32,000 nucleotides of DNA from Cereibacter sphaeroides 2.4.1 (lineage in GTDB: Bacteria > Pseudomonadota > Alphaproteobacteria > Rhodobacterales > Rhodobacteraceae), in NCBI RefSeq assembly GCF_000012905.2, contig NC_007494.2, positions 60,001-92,000 of the forward strand. The letters run 5' to 3'. Shown in pieces: positions 8,309-17,484 of this stretch. A program made the position numbers and the translations under genes. The number at the start of each line of letters is the position of its first letter. The stretch's first letter is position 1. The notes beneath the pieces were generated by a model. That model saw only the letters and a list, made by a program, of their open reading frames with translations. It was not told where the DNA came from and made no database searches.

Positions 8309-9586
8309 TTGTCCGCCCCGAGCCCTGCCATCCAACGGTGGCGCCACGCCTCCCGCGCGCTGAACGAACCGGCCTACCGGCGCTATTTTCTGGCGCAGGT
8401 GCCGCTGGTCATCGGCACCTGGATCCATTCCATCGCTCTCGGCTGGCTGATGTGGCGGCTCAGCGCCTCGCCGATGATGCTGGGCGTGCTGGCCCTCTGC
8501 GATCTGGGCCCGACCCTGCTTCTGGGGCCGATCACGGGGACGCTGGTGGACCGGGTCGACCGGCGCAGGCTGCTGCTCGGCCTCATCTGCATCAATTTCG
8601 TGCTGATCTGCACGCTGGCCGCGCTGGCGATCACCGACAGCATCACCGTTCTGGCCATGCTGATCCTGACCCCGAGCATCGGCATCATCGCGGCCTTCGA
8701 GAGCCCGGCGCGTCAGGCTCTGGTGGCCGAACTGGTGGCACCGGCCGATCTGCGCAATGCGCTGGCGCTGAATTCGCTGCTCTTCAACACCGCGCGGCTG
8801 ATCGGGCCGGCCATCGGCGGTCTGGTCGCCGCCTGGGCGGGCGAGGGCTGGGCCTTCGTCCTCAAGGCGCTGGCGCTGCTGCCGGCCGCCTATGTCCTCG
8901 CGACCATGCGGTTGCGCGCGCCCGAGCCGCGCAGCCGGGGCCGGTTCTTCGAAGACATGCGCGCGGGCCTCGGCTTTGCCCGCAGCCATGTGGAGGTCGC
9001 GCGCATCCTGATCCTGGTCGGCATCTGTTCGCTGACCTCCGTGCCCTATTTCTCGTTCCTGCCGGTCCTCGCCGATGACATGCTGGGCGCCGACGCGAGC
9101 CTTGCGGGCCTGCTCATGAGCGTCACCGGCATCGGCTCGATGGCGGCGGGGCTGATGCTGACCTTCGGCGACCGTCTGAACGCCATGGCGCTCTGGCCGG
9201 TTGCCTCGGCCTTCCTGCTGGGGGTGCTGCTGATCGGAATGGGCCTGTCGACCAGCGTCACGCTGACCACGGCCCTCGCCCTGCCGATGGGCTTCGCCAT
9301 CCTGTCGCAGAACCTCGCCTCGAACACCCTGCTGCAGCATTTCGCGCCGCCGGGATACCGCGGCCGGGTCATGGCGCTCTATGCGATGATGATGCTGGGC
9401 ACCGTGCCCGTCGGATCGCTGATCGCCGGGGCGCTGGCCGCCCGCATCGGTATGCCGTCGGTCTTCATCCTGGGCGGCGCGCTCTGCGCAGCCACAGCCC
9501 TTGCTGCCGCCTGGCATCGCCGGCGGTATCCCGGCCCCGACCTCATGGCCGCCGATCCTGACCCCTCTTCCGCGTCGCGGGCCTGA
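8309..9586 (+). CDS. MFS transporter (MFS_3 / EntS-like family)
   Basis: Lies within track ORF 8093..9586. TTG 8309 is about 5 nt after GGAGGGAG (8296-8303). The N-terminus has ...RALNEPAYRRYFLAQVPLVIGTW, and about 12 hydrophobic segments follow. Confidence 0.8.
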   Translation: MSAPSPAIQRWRHASRALNEPAYRRYFLAQVPLVIGTWIHSIALGWLMWRLSASPMMLGVLALCDLGPTLLLGPITGTLVDRVDRRRLLLGLICINFVLICTLAALAITDSITVLAMLILTPSIGIIAAFESPARQALVAELVAPADLRNALALNSLLFNTARLIGPAIGGLVAAWAGEGWAFVLKALALLPAAYVLATMRLRAPEPRSRGRFFEDMRAGLGFARSHVEVARILILVGICSLTSVPYFSFLPVLADDMLGADASLAGLLMSVTGIGSMAAGLMLTFGDRLNAMALWPVASAFLLGVLLIGMGLSTSVTLTTALALPMGFAILSQNLASNTLLQHFAPPGYRGRVMALYAMMMLGTVPVGSLIAGALAARIGMPSVFILGGALCAATALAAAWHRRRYPGPDLMAADPDPSSASRA

Positions 9587-9624
9587 GTTCCCTCCACGCC
9601 CGCGCCTCCTGAAAGGACCCCGAT

Positions 9625-11628
9625 ATGCAGAACTATTCCGTCAGCGTCACCAGTGACAGGCCGGCGCCCTTCCAGCAGATCACCATCCCGCTGGCCGATG
9701 GCACGGTGCTGCACGCCCGGCTGTGGCTGCCGCAGACGCCGCTGGCCGACAGGGTGCCGCTGGTCCTCGAATGGATCCCCTATCGCCAGAGCGACGGCAC
9801 CGCGCTGGCCGACAGCATGATGCATGGCTACTTCGCCGAACAGGGCATCGCCGCCGCCCGCGTCGACATCCGCGGATCGGGCAATTCCGACGGACTTCTG
9901 CACGACGAATATCTGAAACAGGAACAGGATGACGCCTGCGAGGTCATCGCCTGGTTCGCTCGGCAGGACTGGTGCAACGGCAATGTCGGGCTGATCGGCA
10001 TTTCCTGGGGCGGTTTCGCCGGGCTGCAGATCGCGGCGCGCCGGCCGCCGGCGCTGAAATGCATCATTACCGCCTGTTCCACCGACAACCGCTATACCGA
10101 TGACGTCCACTACATGGGCGGCGCCCTTCTGTCGGACGGCATGCAATGGGGCAGCGGCCTGTTCGCGCAGCTGGGCCGGCCCGCCGATCCCAAGCATGTG
10201 GGCGACCGCTGGCGCGAGATGTGGATGAACCGGCTGGAAGGCATCAAGGAGCCGCCGCTGGCCACCTGGATGCAGCACACGACCTACGACGACTTCTGGA
10301 AGCACGGGTCGGTCTGCGAGGATTACGACGAGATCCAATGCGCGGTCTGGGCAGTCGGCGGCTGGGTCGACGGCTATACCGACCCGATCCTGCGGCTGAT
10401 GGAGAAGCTCAGCGTCCCGAAGAAGGCGCTGATCGGGCCCTGGACGCATATGTATCCGACCTGGGGCCAGCCCGGCCCGCAGATCGGCTTCCTGCAGGAG
10501 GCGATGCGCTGGTGGCGCCACTGGCTGATGGACGAGGACACCGGCATCATGGACGAGCCGCAGCTGACCCTGTGGCTGGGCAAGGATCCGAAGCCCGACA
10601 CCCGCGCGCCGGATATCGGCGGCCGCTGGATCGGCCTGCCGGCCTGGCCGCCTGCCGCGCCGGCACAGACGCTCTTTGCCGACGATCGCCGCCTGGCCTC
10701 CGCGCCGGGGCCGGTCGAGCCAGAGATCGTCGTCGACAGTCCGCTGTCGCTCGGCACCCAGGGGGGCGAATGGTGCCCGCTGGATGGCGGCGGCAACGGC
10801 CCGGAATTCGCCGGCGATGCGCGGATGGATGACGGCATGTCGCTCTGCTTCGACACCACTCCGCTGGCCGAGGCCTTCCATCTGGTCGGCATGCCGGTGC
10901 TGCGCCTGCGGCTCGCGTTCGAGGGCGACCATGCGCTGATCGTCCTGCGTCTGAACGAGGTCTGGCCGGACGGACTGTCGGGCCGCGTCACCTATGGCAT
11001 TCGCCGCCTTGCCCGCCCCGAAGGCGTCGCGCCGGGCGAGATGCACGAGGTGGAACTGCCGCTGAAGGGCGTCGCGCATGAATTCAGCCCGGGCCGCCGC
11101 ATCCGGCTGGCGATCTCGACCAGCTACTGGCCGCTGGTCTGGCCGGAACCGCGGCTGAACGCGATCACCCTCGATCCCGCCTCGCTGCGGTTCGATCTGC
11201 CGGGCATGCCGCCCGAGGCCAGCCATGACCAGCCGGCCTTCGGCCCGGCGATCCACGCCTGCCCAGTGCCCTCGCAGGTGCTGGTCCCGGGCGAGATCAG
11301 CCGCAAGGTCCATCAGGATCTGGCCGGCGGCAAGGTCGAGCTGGTCTCGACCTCGCACCGCGCGACATGGGAACTGGGCGGTCTGGTCATGGGCGGCTAT
11401 GGCGGCCACAGCTATTCCGTCATGCCCGATGACGGCGCATCGGCCCGGGCACGCTTCTTCTCGGTTCAGACCTACGAGCGCGAGGCCCTGGGCTGGAAGA
11501 TCCGCCTTGAATCGAGCTCGGAAGTCAGCTGGCAGGACGGCCGCATGGTCCTTGCCTCGCACTACGAGGCCTTCGAGGGCGATGAGAAGGTCTTTGCCCG
11601 CAACTGGCTGCATCGGATCGATTATTGA
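9625..11628 (+). CDS. CocE/NonD-family hydrolase (peptidase S15, X-Pro dipeptidyl-peptidase-like), no signal peptide
   Basis: 667 aa. ATG 9625 follows GAAAGGA. Motifs are DGTVLHARLWLP, DIRGSGNSDG and the nucleophile elbow GISWGG. Confidence 0.85.
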   Translation: MQNYSVSVTSDRPAPFQQITIPLADGTVLHARLWLPQTPLADRVPLVLEWIPYRQSDGTALADSMMHGYFAEQGIAAARVDIRGSGNSDGLLHDEYLKQEQDDACEVIAWFARQDWCNGNVGLIGISWGGFAGLQIAARRPPALKCIITACSTDNRYTDDVHYMGGALLSDGMQWGSGLFAQLGRPADPKHVGDRWREMWMNRLEGIKEPPLATWMQHTTYDDFWKHGSVCEDYDEIQCAVWAVGGWVDGYTDPILRLMEKLSVPKKALIGPWTHMYPTWGQPGPQIGFLQEAMRWWRHWLMDEDTGIMDEPQLTLWLGKDPKPDTRAPDIGGRWIGLPAWPPAAPAQTLFADDRRLASAPGPVEPEIVVDSPLSLGTQGGEWCPLDGGGNGPEFAGDARMDDGMSLCFDTTPLAEAFHLVGMPVLRLRLAFEGDHALIVLRLNEVWPDGLSGRVTYGIRRLARPEGVAPGEMHEVELPLKGVAHEFSPGRRIRLAISTSYWPLVWPEPRLNAITLDPASLRFDLPGMPPEASHDQPAFGPAIHACPVPSQVLVPGEISRKVHQDLAGGKVELVSTSHRATWELGGLVMGGYGGHSYSVMPDDGASARARFFSVQTYEREALGWKIRLESSSEVSWQDGRMVLASHYEAFEGDEKVFARNWLHRIDY

Positions 11629-11632
11629 CCCG

Positions 11633-11664
11633 ATGGCCGCCGCCGGAACAGGGGCGGCGGCCAT
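11633..11664. terminator. Bidirectional terminator-like hairpin between convergent genes
   Basis: ATGGCCGCCGCC (11633-11644), 8-nt loop, GGCGGCGGCCAT (11653-11664): a perfect 12-bp stem sitting 5 bp after the hydrolase stop. Confidence 0.55.
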
Positions 11665-11771
11665 GGTTCGTGCCCCGGGATGGCGCGCTCCGACCGATCA
11701 CGCCCGGCGATCTGCGTCGTGACCCCGGATGGCAGCAGGGCGGCGGCCGGCCCGCGGCCATGGCTGTCCGA

Positions 11772-12530
11772 TCACAGGCTTTCCGCCCCGTCGATGACGA
11801 GGGCATGGCCGGTCATGAAGGCGGAGCGATCCGAGGCGAGGTAGAGCACCGCCTCGCCGATTTCCTCCGGGGTGCCGAAGCGGCCCATCGGGATGGTCTC
11901 GGCGACGTAGCTCTCCAGCGCCGCGCGGCCGCCCATCTGCGCCTCGAAGCCCGCGTTGAAGACGGTGTCGACGAAGCCCGGACAGAGCGCGTTGCAGCGG
12001 ATGTTGTGGCGGGCATAATCGACGGCGATCTGGCGAACCATGGCGATGACCGCGTGCTTCGTGGTGCAATAGGCGATCATCTCGCGATCGTACTGCACGC
12101 CGGAATTCGACGAGGTGACGATGATCGAGCCCTGTCTGCGCGGGGCCATGATCGACATGGCGGCCTTGGCCGCGACGAAATGCGCCCGCACGTTCAGCCG
12201 CCAGGACAGATCCATGTCGGCGACGCTCACCTGATCGAGGCGGCCGGGCACCTGTGCGCCGGCGTGGGAATGCAGCACGTCGAGCCTGCCGTGTCGCGCG
12301 GCCGCCGAGAGGATGGCCGCCTCGAGAGCGGCATCGTCGCCGACATCCAGCCCGAGACCTTCCGCCCGGCCACCGGCCGCGGCGATCTCGGCAGCGACCG
12401 CCTCCGCCCGCGAAGCGTCGAGATCTGTGACGACCACGGTCGCGCCCGCGCGGGCCATGGCGAGCGCGCCGGCCCGGCCGATCCCCGCGCCCCCCGCCGT
12501 GACGAAGGCTGTGCGGTCTTTGAGGTCCAT
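11772..12530 (-). CDS. SDR-family oxidoreductase
   Basis: Track ORF 11772..12539 has a GTG start. I prefer ATG 12530, 8 nt after GGAG. The cofactor motif is TAGGAGIGRA and the catalytic motif is YCTTKHAV (YxxxK). It lies only about 20 bp downstream of the permease gene. Confidence 0.85.
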   Translation of the reverse strand: MDLKDRTAFVTAGGAGIGRAGALAMARAGATVVVTDLDASRAEAVAAEIAAAGGRAEGLGLDVGDDAALEAAILSAAARHGRLDVLHSHAGAQVPGRLDQVSVADMDLSWRLNVRAHFVAAKAAMSIMAPRRQGSIIVTSSNSGVQYDREMIAYCTTKHAVIAMVRQIAVDYARHNIRCNALCPGFVDTVFNAGFEAQMGGRAALESYVAETIPMGRFGTPEEIGEAVLYLASDRSAFMTGHALVIDGAESL

Positions 12531-12550
12531 GAAGTTCACTCCGGTAGGGG

Positions 12551-13366
12551 TCAGCGCGCGCGGCGGCGCAGGATCACCTGGGCGGTGATCAGCAGGACGA
12601 GCGAGGCGAGGAGCACCATCGTGCCGATGGCATTGATCTCGGGGGTCACGCCGCGGCGGATCGAGGAGAAGACATAGATCGGCAGCGTCGTCTCGGACCC
12701 GGCGACGAAGAAGGCGATGATGAAGTCATCGAAGCTGAAGGTGAAGGCGAGCAGGAAGCCTGCCAGCACCGCGGGCGCGATCTGGGGCAGGGTGATCTGC
12801 AGGAAGCTGCGGAAGGGCGGCGCGCCCAGATCGGCGGCGGCCTCCATCAGGCTCGCGTCCATGCCCTGCAATCTGGCACGGACGATCACCACCACCAGCG
12901 CCATGGTGAAGAGCCCGTGCGCGGCGACCAGCGAGCCCTTGCCGAGCCCGAGCTGCGGCGCGCCGTCTCCAAGGAGACCGGTCAGCACCGGGTTCAGGAG
13001 ATCGAAGACCGTGACCAGAGCGATCAGGGTGGCGATGCCGATCACGATGCCGGGCACCATCACCGCCATGTAGAGCGCCGCATCGTAGAGCGTGCGCAAC
13101 CGCCCCCTGACACCCTGCAGCGCGACCGCAGCCAGAGTGCCGGCGACGGTGGCGCAGAGCGCCGAGGCCAGCGCCACGGTGAAACTGGTCTTCAGCGCCT
13201 CGAGGACGAAGGGATTGTCCAGCGCCCTGGCATACCATTGCAGCGAGAAGCCGGTCATCTGGGTGGCGTGCCGCCCGGCGTTCAGCGAGAACAGCGCGAT
13301 GATGCCGATGGGAATGTAGAGGAACAGGTAGACGGCGATGGCATAGATCCGCATCGAAGGCCTCAC
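12551..13366 (-). CDS. ABC transporter permease, PotC/PotI-like
   Basis: 271 aa and multi-TM, with the EAA loop EAAADLGAPPFRSFLQITLPQIAP. GTG 13366 overlaps the upstream stop (GTGA); an alternative ATG at 13354 has a GAGG SD. Confidence 0.85.
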   Translation of the reverse strand: MRPSMRIYAIAVYLFLYIPIGIIALFSLNAGRHATQMTGFSLQWYARALDNPFVLEALKTSFTVALASALCATVAGTLAAVALQGVRGRLRTLYDAALYMAVMVPGIVIGIATLIALVTVFDLLNPVLTGLLGDGAPQLGLGKGSLVAAHGLFTMALVVVIVRARLQGMDASLMEAAADLGAPPFRSFLQITLPQIAPAVLAGFLLAFTFSFDDFIIAFFVAGSETTLPIYVFSSIRRGVTPEINAIGTMVLLASLVLLITAQVILRRRAR

Positions 13367-14214
13367 ATCAGGGCGACATCGTCACGCCCGCCCGAGACCC
13401 GCTTGATGGCCTTCAGATAGAGCGTCACGGCGATCAGCATCACGATCACCAGCACGGCGGCGACCGCGGCGCCGAAGGGCCAGTTCCTCGATTGCAGGAA
13501 CAGGTCCACCAGGGCGTTGCCGACGAAGAACACCTTGCCGCCGCCGAGGATCTGCGGGATCAGGAATTCGCCCATCAGCAGGATGAAGACGAGCATGGAG
13601 CCTGTCGCCACGCCCGCCATCGACAGGGGCAGCGTCACCTGCAGGAAGGTGCGCCAGGGCGGGCTGCCGAGATCCGCCGAGGCCTCCAGCAACCGCCGGT
13701 CGAGCTTTTCCAGAGCGACATAGATCGGGAAGACCATCAGCGGCAGATAGCCGTAGACGATGCCCACCATCACGGCGAAGGGCGTGTTGATCAGGCGGGG
13801 GCGCGGCAGACCGAGGCTCGCGATGATCGAGGGCAGGCCGTTGCCGCCGAGGATCTGGATCCAGGCATAGGAGCGGATCAGGATCGAGGTCCAGAACGGC
13901 ACGATCACGAGGATCAGCAGCAGGGTCCGCCAGCGCGGGTCGGCCTTCAGCGCCAGGAAATAGGCAAGCGGCCAGGCGATGACCAGGCAGAGCACCGTGC
14001 CCAGCGGGGCGAGGGTGAGCGTGTTGCGGAAGGCGCCCCAGCGGGAGCCGAGGTTGGCGTAATTGTCCAGGGTGAAGGCCGGGACGTAGCCGCCCGCGGC
14101 CCCCCTTTCGCCGAAGCTGAAGACGATGACGACCACCAGCGGCAGCACCAGCATGCACAGGAGCCAGGCCGTGGCCGGCGCGAGGAACAGGGTGGTGCGC
14201 ACCGAGGATCGCAT
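13363..14214 (-). CDS. ABC transporter permease, PotB/PotH-like
   Basis: 283 aa and multi-TM, with the EAA loop EASADLGSPPWRTFLQVTLP. The ATG is at 14214. Confidence 0.87.
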   Translation of the reverse strand: MRSSVRTTLFLAPATAWLLCMLVLPLVVVIVFSFGERGAAGGYVPAFTLDNYANLGSRWGAFRNTLTLAPLGTVLCLVIAWPLAYFLALKADPRWRTLLLILVIVPFWTSILIRSYAWIQILGGNGLPSIIASLGLPRPRLINTPFAVMVGIVYGYLPLMVFPIYVALEKLDRRLLEASADLGSPPWRTFLQVTLPLSMAGVATGSMLVFILLMGEFLIPQILGGGKVFFVGNALVDLFLQSRNWPFGAAVAAVLVIVMLIAVTLYLKAIKRVSGGRDDVALM

Positions 14215-14226
14215 CGACTCCGTCCC

Positions 14227-15384
14227 TTACGCCGATTTGAAGCGCGCCATGACCTCGGCGCGTTCCGGGTTGGTCAGGGTGACGGCGGCGCCGAACTCGA
14301 GCGCATTCAGGAGATCCGCAGCCGGGAACAGGATCGGGCTGTCGCGCATCTCGGCGGGCAGCATCGCGTCGACCCGGGCGTCTCCGGTCGGATAGCCGTG
14401 GAACATGGCCTCCTGCGCGGCCATCTTCGGCTCGAGCAGGAAGTTGATCAGCGCATAGGCCGCATCCTTGTGCGGGGCCGAGGCGGGGATGGTGAAGAAG
14501 TCCGACCAGAGCTCGCCGCCCTCGCGGCCGAGCACATAGGCAATCTCGGGGATGTCGCGCTGAAGCTGCACCGCGTCGCCGGTCCAGCACATCGACAGAG
14601 CCGCATCGCCGGAACGCATCGAGGGCTGGTAATCCGAGGTGATCGCGAAGAGATGCGGCTTGGCGTCGATCAGCAGCTCCTCCGCCTTCGCGAGTTCCGC
14701 CGGATCGACCGAGTTGAAGGAATAGCCGTAGTATTTCAGTGCGTTGCCGATGGCGGTCAGCTGATAGTCATGCACTATGCCGCGGCCCGACAGCCGGTCG
14801 CGCGCCAGATCCCAGAATTCCTTCCAGGTGGTCGGCGTCTCGCCGTCGATCTCGGCGGTGTTGATGCAATAGCCGGTCGTGCCGATGTTGCGCGGGATGG
14901 CGTAGGTCTTGCCGTCGATGACGCCCGGATCGGCGAAGCGCGGGTCGGTCGAAGCCCTGTCGAAATTCGGGATGCGCGACAGGTCGAGCTCCTCGATGAT
15001 CCCCGCCTCGACATAGGTCGAGATCGTGTAGTTCGTGGCCACCACCACGTCCCAACCCGTGCCGCCCGCCTGCAGCTTCGCGAGCATCTCCTCGTTGGAG
15101 CCGAAGACGTTGACGTCGACCGCGGCGCCGGTGGCGGCCCGGAAGGCGTCGAGGTCGGCCGGGTCGTGGTAGTTCGGCCAGGTGGCGATCACGACGCGGT
15201 CGCCGATCGCGCCCTGGGCCTGCGCGCGGCGGGCGAAGCCCGGCATCGCACCCGCCATCGCCATGGTCGCGGCGCCGAGGCCGGTCACGTTCAGGAAGTG
15301 CCGGCGCGAGATCGAGCCCTTGCGGTAGCTTTCCAGCCGCTGAAGAAACTCTTTCGCCGGGATGTGGTCACGGTGCTGCGTCAT
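14227..15384 (-). CDS. ABC substrate-binding protein, PotD/PotF-like (polyamine/amine family), Tat signal
   Basis: Lies within track ORF 14227..16119. ATG 15384 follows AGGGGAA. The Tat motif is SISRRHFLNVTGLGAATMAMA...AQAQ. The body (ATWPNYHDPADLDAFRAATGAAVDVNVFGSNEEMLAKLQAGGTGWDVVV) is typical of the PotD/PotF family. Confidence 0.87.
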   Translation of the reverse strand: MTQHRDHIPAKEFLQRLESYRKGSISRRHFLNVTGLGAATMAMAGAMPGFARRAQAQGAIGDRVVIATWPNYHDPADLDAFRAATGAAVDVNVFGSNEEMLAKLQAGGTGWDVVVATNYTISTYVEAGIIEELDLSRIPNFDRASTDPRFADPGVIDGKTYAIPRNIGTTGYCINTAEIDGETPTTWKEFWDLARDRLSGRGIVHDYQLTAIGNALKYYGYSFNSVDPAELAKAEELLIDAKPHLFAITSDYQPSMRSGDAALSMCWTGDAVQLQRDIPEIAYVLGREGGELWSDFFTIPASAPHKDAAYALINFLLEPKMAAQEAMFHGYPTGDARVDAMLPAEMRDSPILFPAADLLNALEFGAAVTLTNPERAEVMARFKSA

Positions 15385-15443
15385 CTCGATTCCCCTGTTG
15401 TTGTCGGAGTGGCGCCGGGACCTTGCCGGCCCGGTCGTTGAAG

Positions 15444-16541
15444 TCAGCCGGCGTCGAGCGCCAGAGCGGCGCCGTCGCGCCAGGAGGCCATGACCTCGGC
15501 GCCCGGGGCCAGCAGCGCCGACCCTGCCTCGGCGGTGCGCGGGACGACCGCCACCAGATGCGGGAGGGCTCCGGAGGTCAGGTGGTATTCGGTATGCTCG
15601 CCGAGGAAGATCCGGTGCGTGACGACCATGCGATGACCCTCGCCCGAAGGCGCAAGGCGGATCTCCTCGGGGCGCAGCGACAGGGTCACGGGGCTTCCCG
15701 GTCCGATCTTCTCGCCGCCGCGGGCGTGGAAGATCAGGCCGCCGGCCTCGGCGACGAGGATTTCGGCCTCGCGGCCCCGGCCCGTGGCGCCGATGAAGTT
15801 GGAGCGGCCTACGAAATCCGCGACATAACGGCTCTGCGGCCGGTCGTAGAGCTCTTCCGGGCCGCCGATCTGGGCGATGCGGCCATGGTCCATGATCACG
15901 ATCCGGTCCGACATCGACAGCGCCTCCTCCTGATCGTGGGTGACGAGGACGAAGGTGATGCCGAGCTCGCGCTGCAGCGACTTCAACTCGATCTGCATGT
16001 CGTGGCGCAGCTTCTTGTCCAGCGCGGCCATCGGCTCGTCGAGCAGCAGGATCTTGGGCTTGTTGACGATTGCGCGGGCCAGCGCGACCCTCTGCTGCTG
16101 GCCGCCCGACAATTCCCACGTCCGGCGCGCGCCGAAGCCCGAGAGCTGCACCAGCGCAAGCGCCTCATCGACGGCGGCGGCGACCTCGGCCCTGGGCGGT
16201 TTCGGCCGCCGCTGGTTCAGGCCGTAGCCGACATTCTGCGCGACGGTCAGATGAGGGAACAGCGCATACTGCTGAAACACCATGTTCACCGGGCGCTGCC
16301 AGGCGGGCAGGGCCGTGGCGTCCCGTCCGTCGATCAGCACCTGCCCTTCGGAGGCCTGCTCGAAGCCGGCCAGCATGCGCAGCGCGGTGGTCTTGCCGCA
16401 GCCGGACGGGCCGAGGAAGGACAGGAACTCGCCCGGTTCGATGGCCAGAGTCAGGTTCGTCGCCGCCGTGACCAGCCCGTAGCGCTTGGTCACGTTCCTG
16501 AGTTCGGCAATCGGTTGACTCTGCATGCGGTGCCCGACCAT
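15444..16541 (-). CDS. ABC transporter ATP-binding protein, PotA-like
   Basis: 365 aa. Walker A is GPSGCGKTT, the signature is LSGGQQQRVALARAI and Walker B is ILLLDEPMAALD, with a C-terminal TOBE-like region. The start could instead be ATG 16526. Confidence 0.9.
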   Translation of the reverse strand: MVGHRMQSQPIAELRNVTKRYGLVTAATNLTLAIEPGEFLSFLGPSGCGKTTALRMLAGFEQASEGQVLIDGRDATALPAWQRPVNMVFQQYALFPHLTVAQNVGYGLNQRRPKPPRAEVAAAVDEALALVQLSGFGARRTWELSGGQQQRVALARAIVNKPKILLLDEPMAALDKKLRHDMQIELKSLQRELGITFVLVTHDQEEALSMSDRIVIMDHGRIAQIGGPEELYDRPQSRYVADFVGRSNFIGATGRGREAEILVAEAGGLIFHARGGEKIGPGSPVTLSLRPEEIRLAPSGEGHRMVVTHRIFLGEHTEYHLTSGALPHLVAVVPRTAEAGSALLAPGAEVMASWRDGAALALDAG

Positions 16542-16616
16542 CTATTGCATGTATCTGGGTAAAGCGTAGAAAAACGGCCAAAGGCTGTATATATCACAAA
16601 GGGCATAGATCGCGTC

Positions 16617-17390
16617 ATGTCATCGCCAGCCATGCCAGAGGTTTCCGCAGCCGCGCTGGTCGGCGCCGTGATCGATGCGATCGGCACGGAAGGATTCTGC
16701 CCCGCCCTGACAGCCTGGCTTCAGACCGTCGCGCCCTATTCCTTCACCGTGGTCTTCGGCTATCGCGGAGAGGCGAAACCCATTGATCTCTATGACGATT
16801 TCCCCAGCCATCGCCGCAAGGTCTTCGTGACGGACTATCTCGAAGGGCCTTATCTGCTCGACCCCTTCTGTCAGGGGGCGATCCGTCCCGTGGAGCCGGG
16901 TTTCCACCGGCTCAGGAGCCTCGCGCCGGACCGGTTCTATCAGGGAGAATATTTCCGGAGCTATTACATGCGGACGGAGATCGCCGAAGAAATAGGCTGC
17001 TTTGCCGAAATGCCGGGCGATTGCCATGTGGTCTTCTCGCTGATGCGCGAGGAGAAGCCGTTCTCCGCGCCGGAATTCCGCAAGCTCACCGGGGTGGCGC
17101 CGATCGTGACGGCGCTGATGCGGCGGCACTGGGCGGATCTCTCCCGGGAATTCGCGACGCGGTCCACGCCCCGTCCGGCGCTGACAGGCGACGGGCTGGA
17201 CCGGCTGACCCCGCGCGAGCGCGAGATCACCGGCTGGATCCTCAAGGGCTACTCCGCCGAGGCGACCGGCCAGGAACTGGGCATCGCCTCCGGCACGGTC
17301 CGGATCCACCGTCGCAACATCTACGCGAAACTGGGCATATCCTCGCAGCGCGAGCTCTTCGCGCGCTTTCTGGCGGGGATCTCACCGTAG
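16617..17390 (+). CDS. LuxR/FixJ-family transcriptional regulator with an uncharacterised ~190-aa N-terminal domain
   Basis: 257 aa. The C-terminal HTH reads LTPREREITGWILKGYSAEATGQELGIASGTVRIHRRNIYAKLGISSQRELF. There is no receiver-domain Asp pocket and no obvious autoinducer-binding motif. It is divergent from the Pot-like operon. Confidence 0.8.
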   Translation: MSSPAMPEVSAAALVGAVIDAIGTEGFCPALTAWLQTVAPYSFTVVFGYRGEAKPIDLYDDFPSHRRKVFVTDYLEGPYLLDPFCQGAIRPVEPGFHRLRSLAPDRFYQGEYFRSYYMRTEIAEEIGCFAEMPGDCHVVFSLMREEKPFSAPEFRKLTGVAPIVTALMRRHWADLSREFATRSTPRPALTGDGLDRLTPREREITGWILKGYSAEATGQELGIASGTVRIHRRNIYAKLGISSQRELFARFLAGISP

Positions 17391-17484
17391 CGATCTTCCG
17401 GAGCGGCCGATCCGGCGAACCACGCGATGGGCGGGAAGCGGTCTGATGCATGATGGGGGCTGCGCCGCGGTCGGGCGCGCTGCC

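Noticed and set aside
9379-11664. 761-aa minus-strand ORF. The same reasoning applies to 2671..4137, 4492..5607, 5364..6770, 6466..8235, 8099..9517, 13492..15441, 14227..16119 upstream of 15384, 21492..22805, 25709..27316, 27238..28563 and 28460..30460
   Set aside because: All are antisense or off-frame to genes with clear family motifs. Their translations are low-complexity and Arg/Pro/Gly/Asp-rich, with no motifs.
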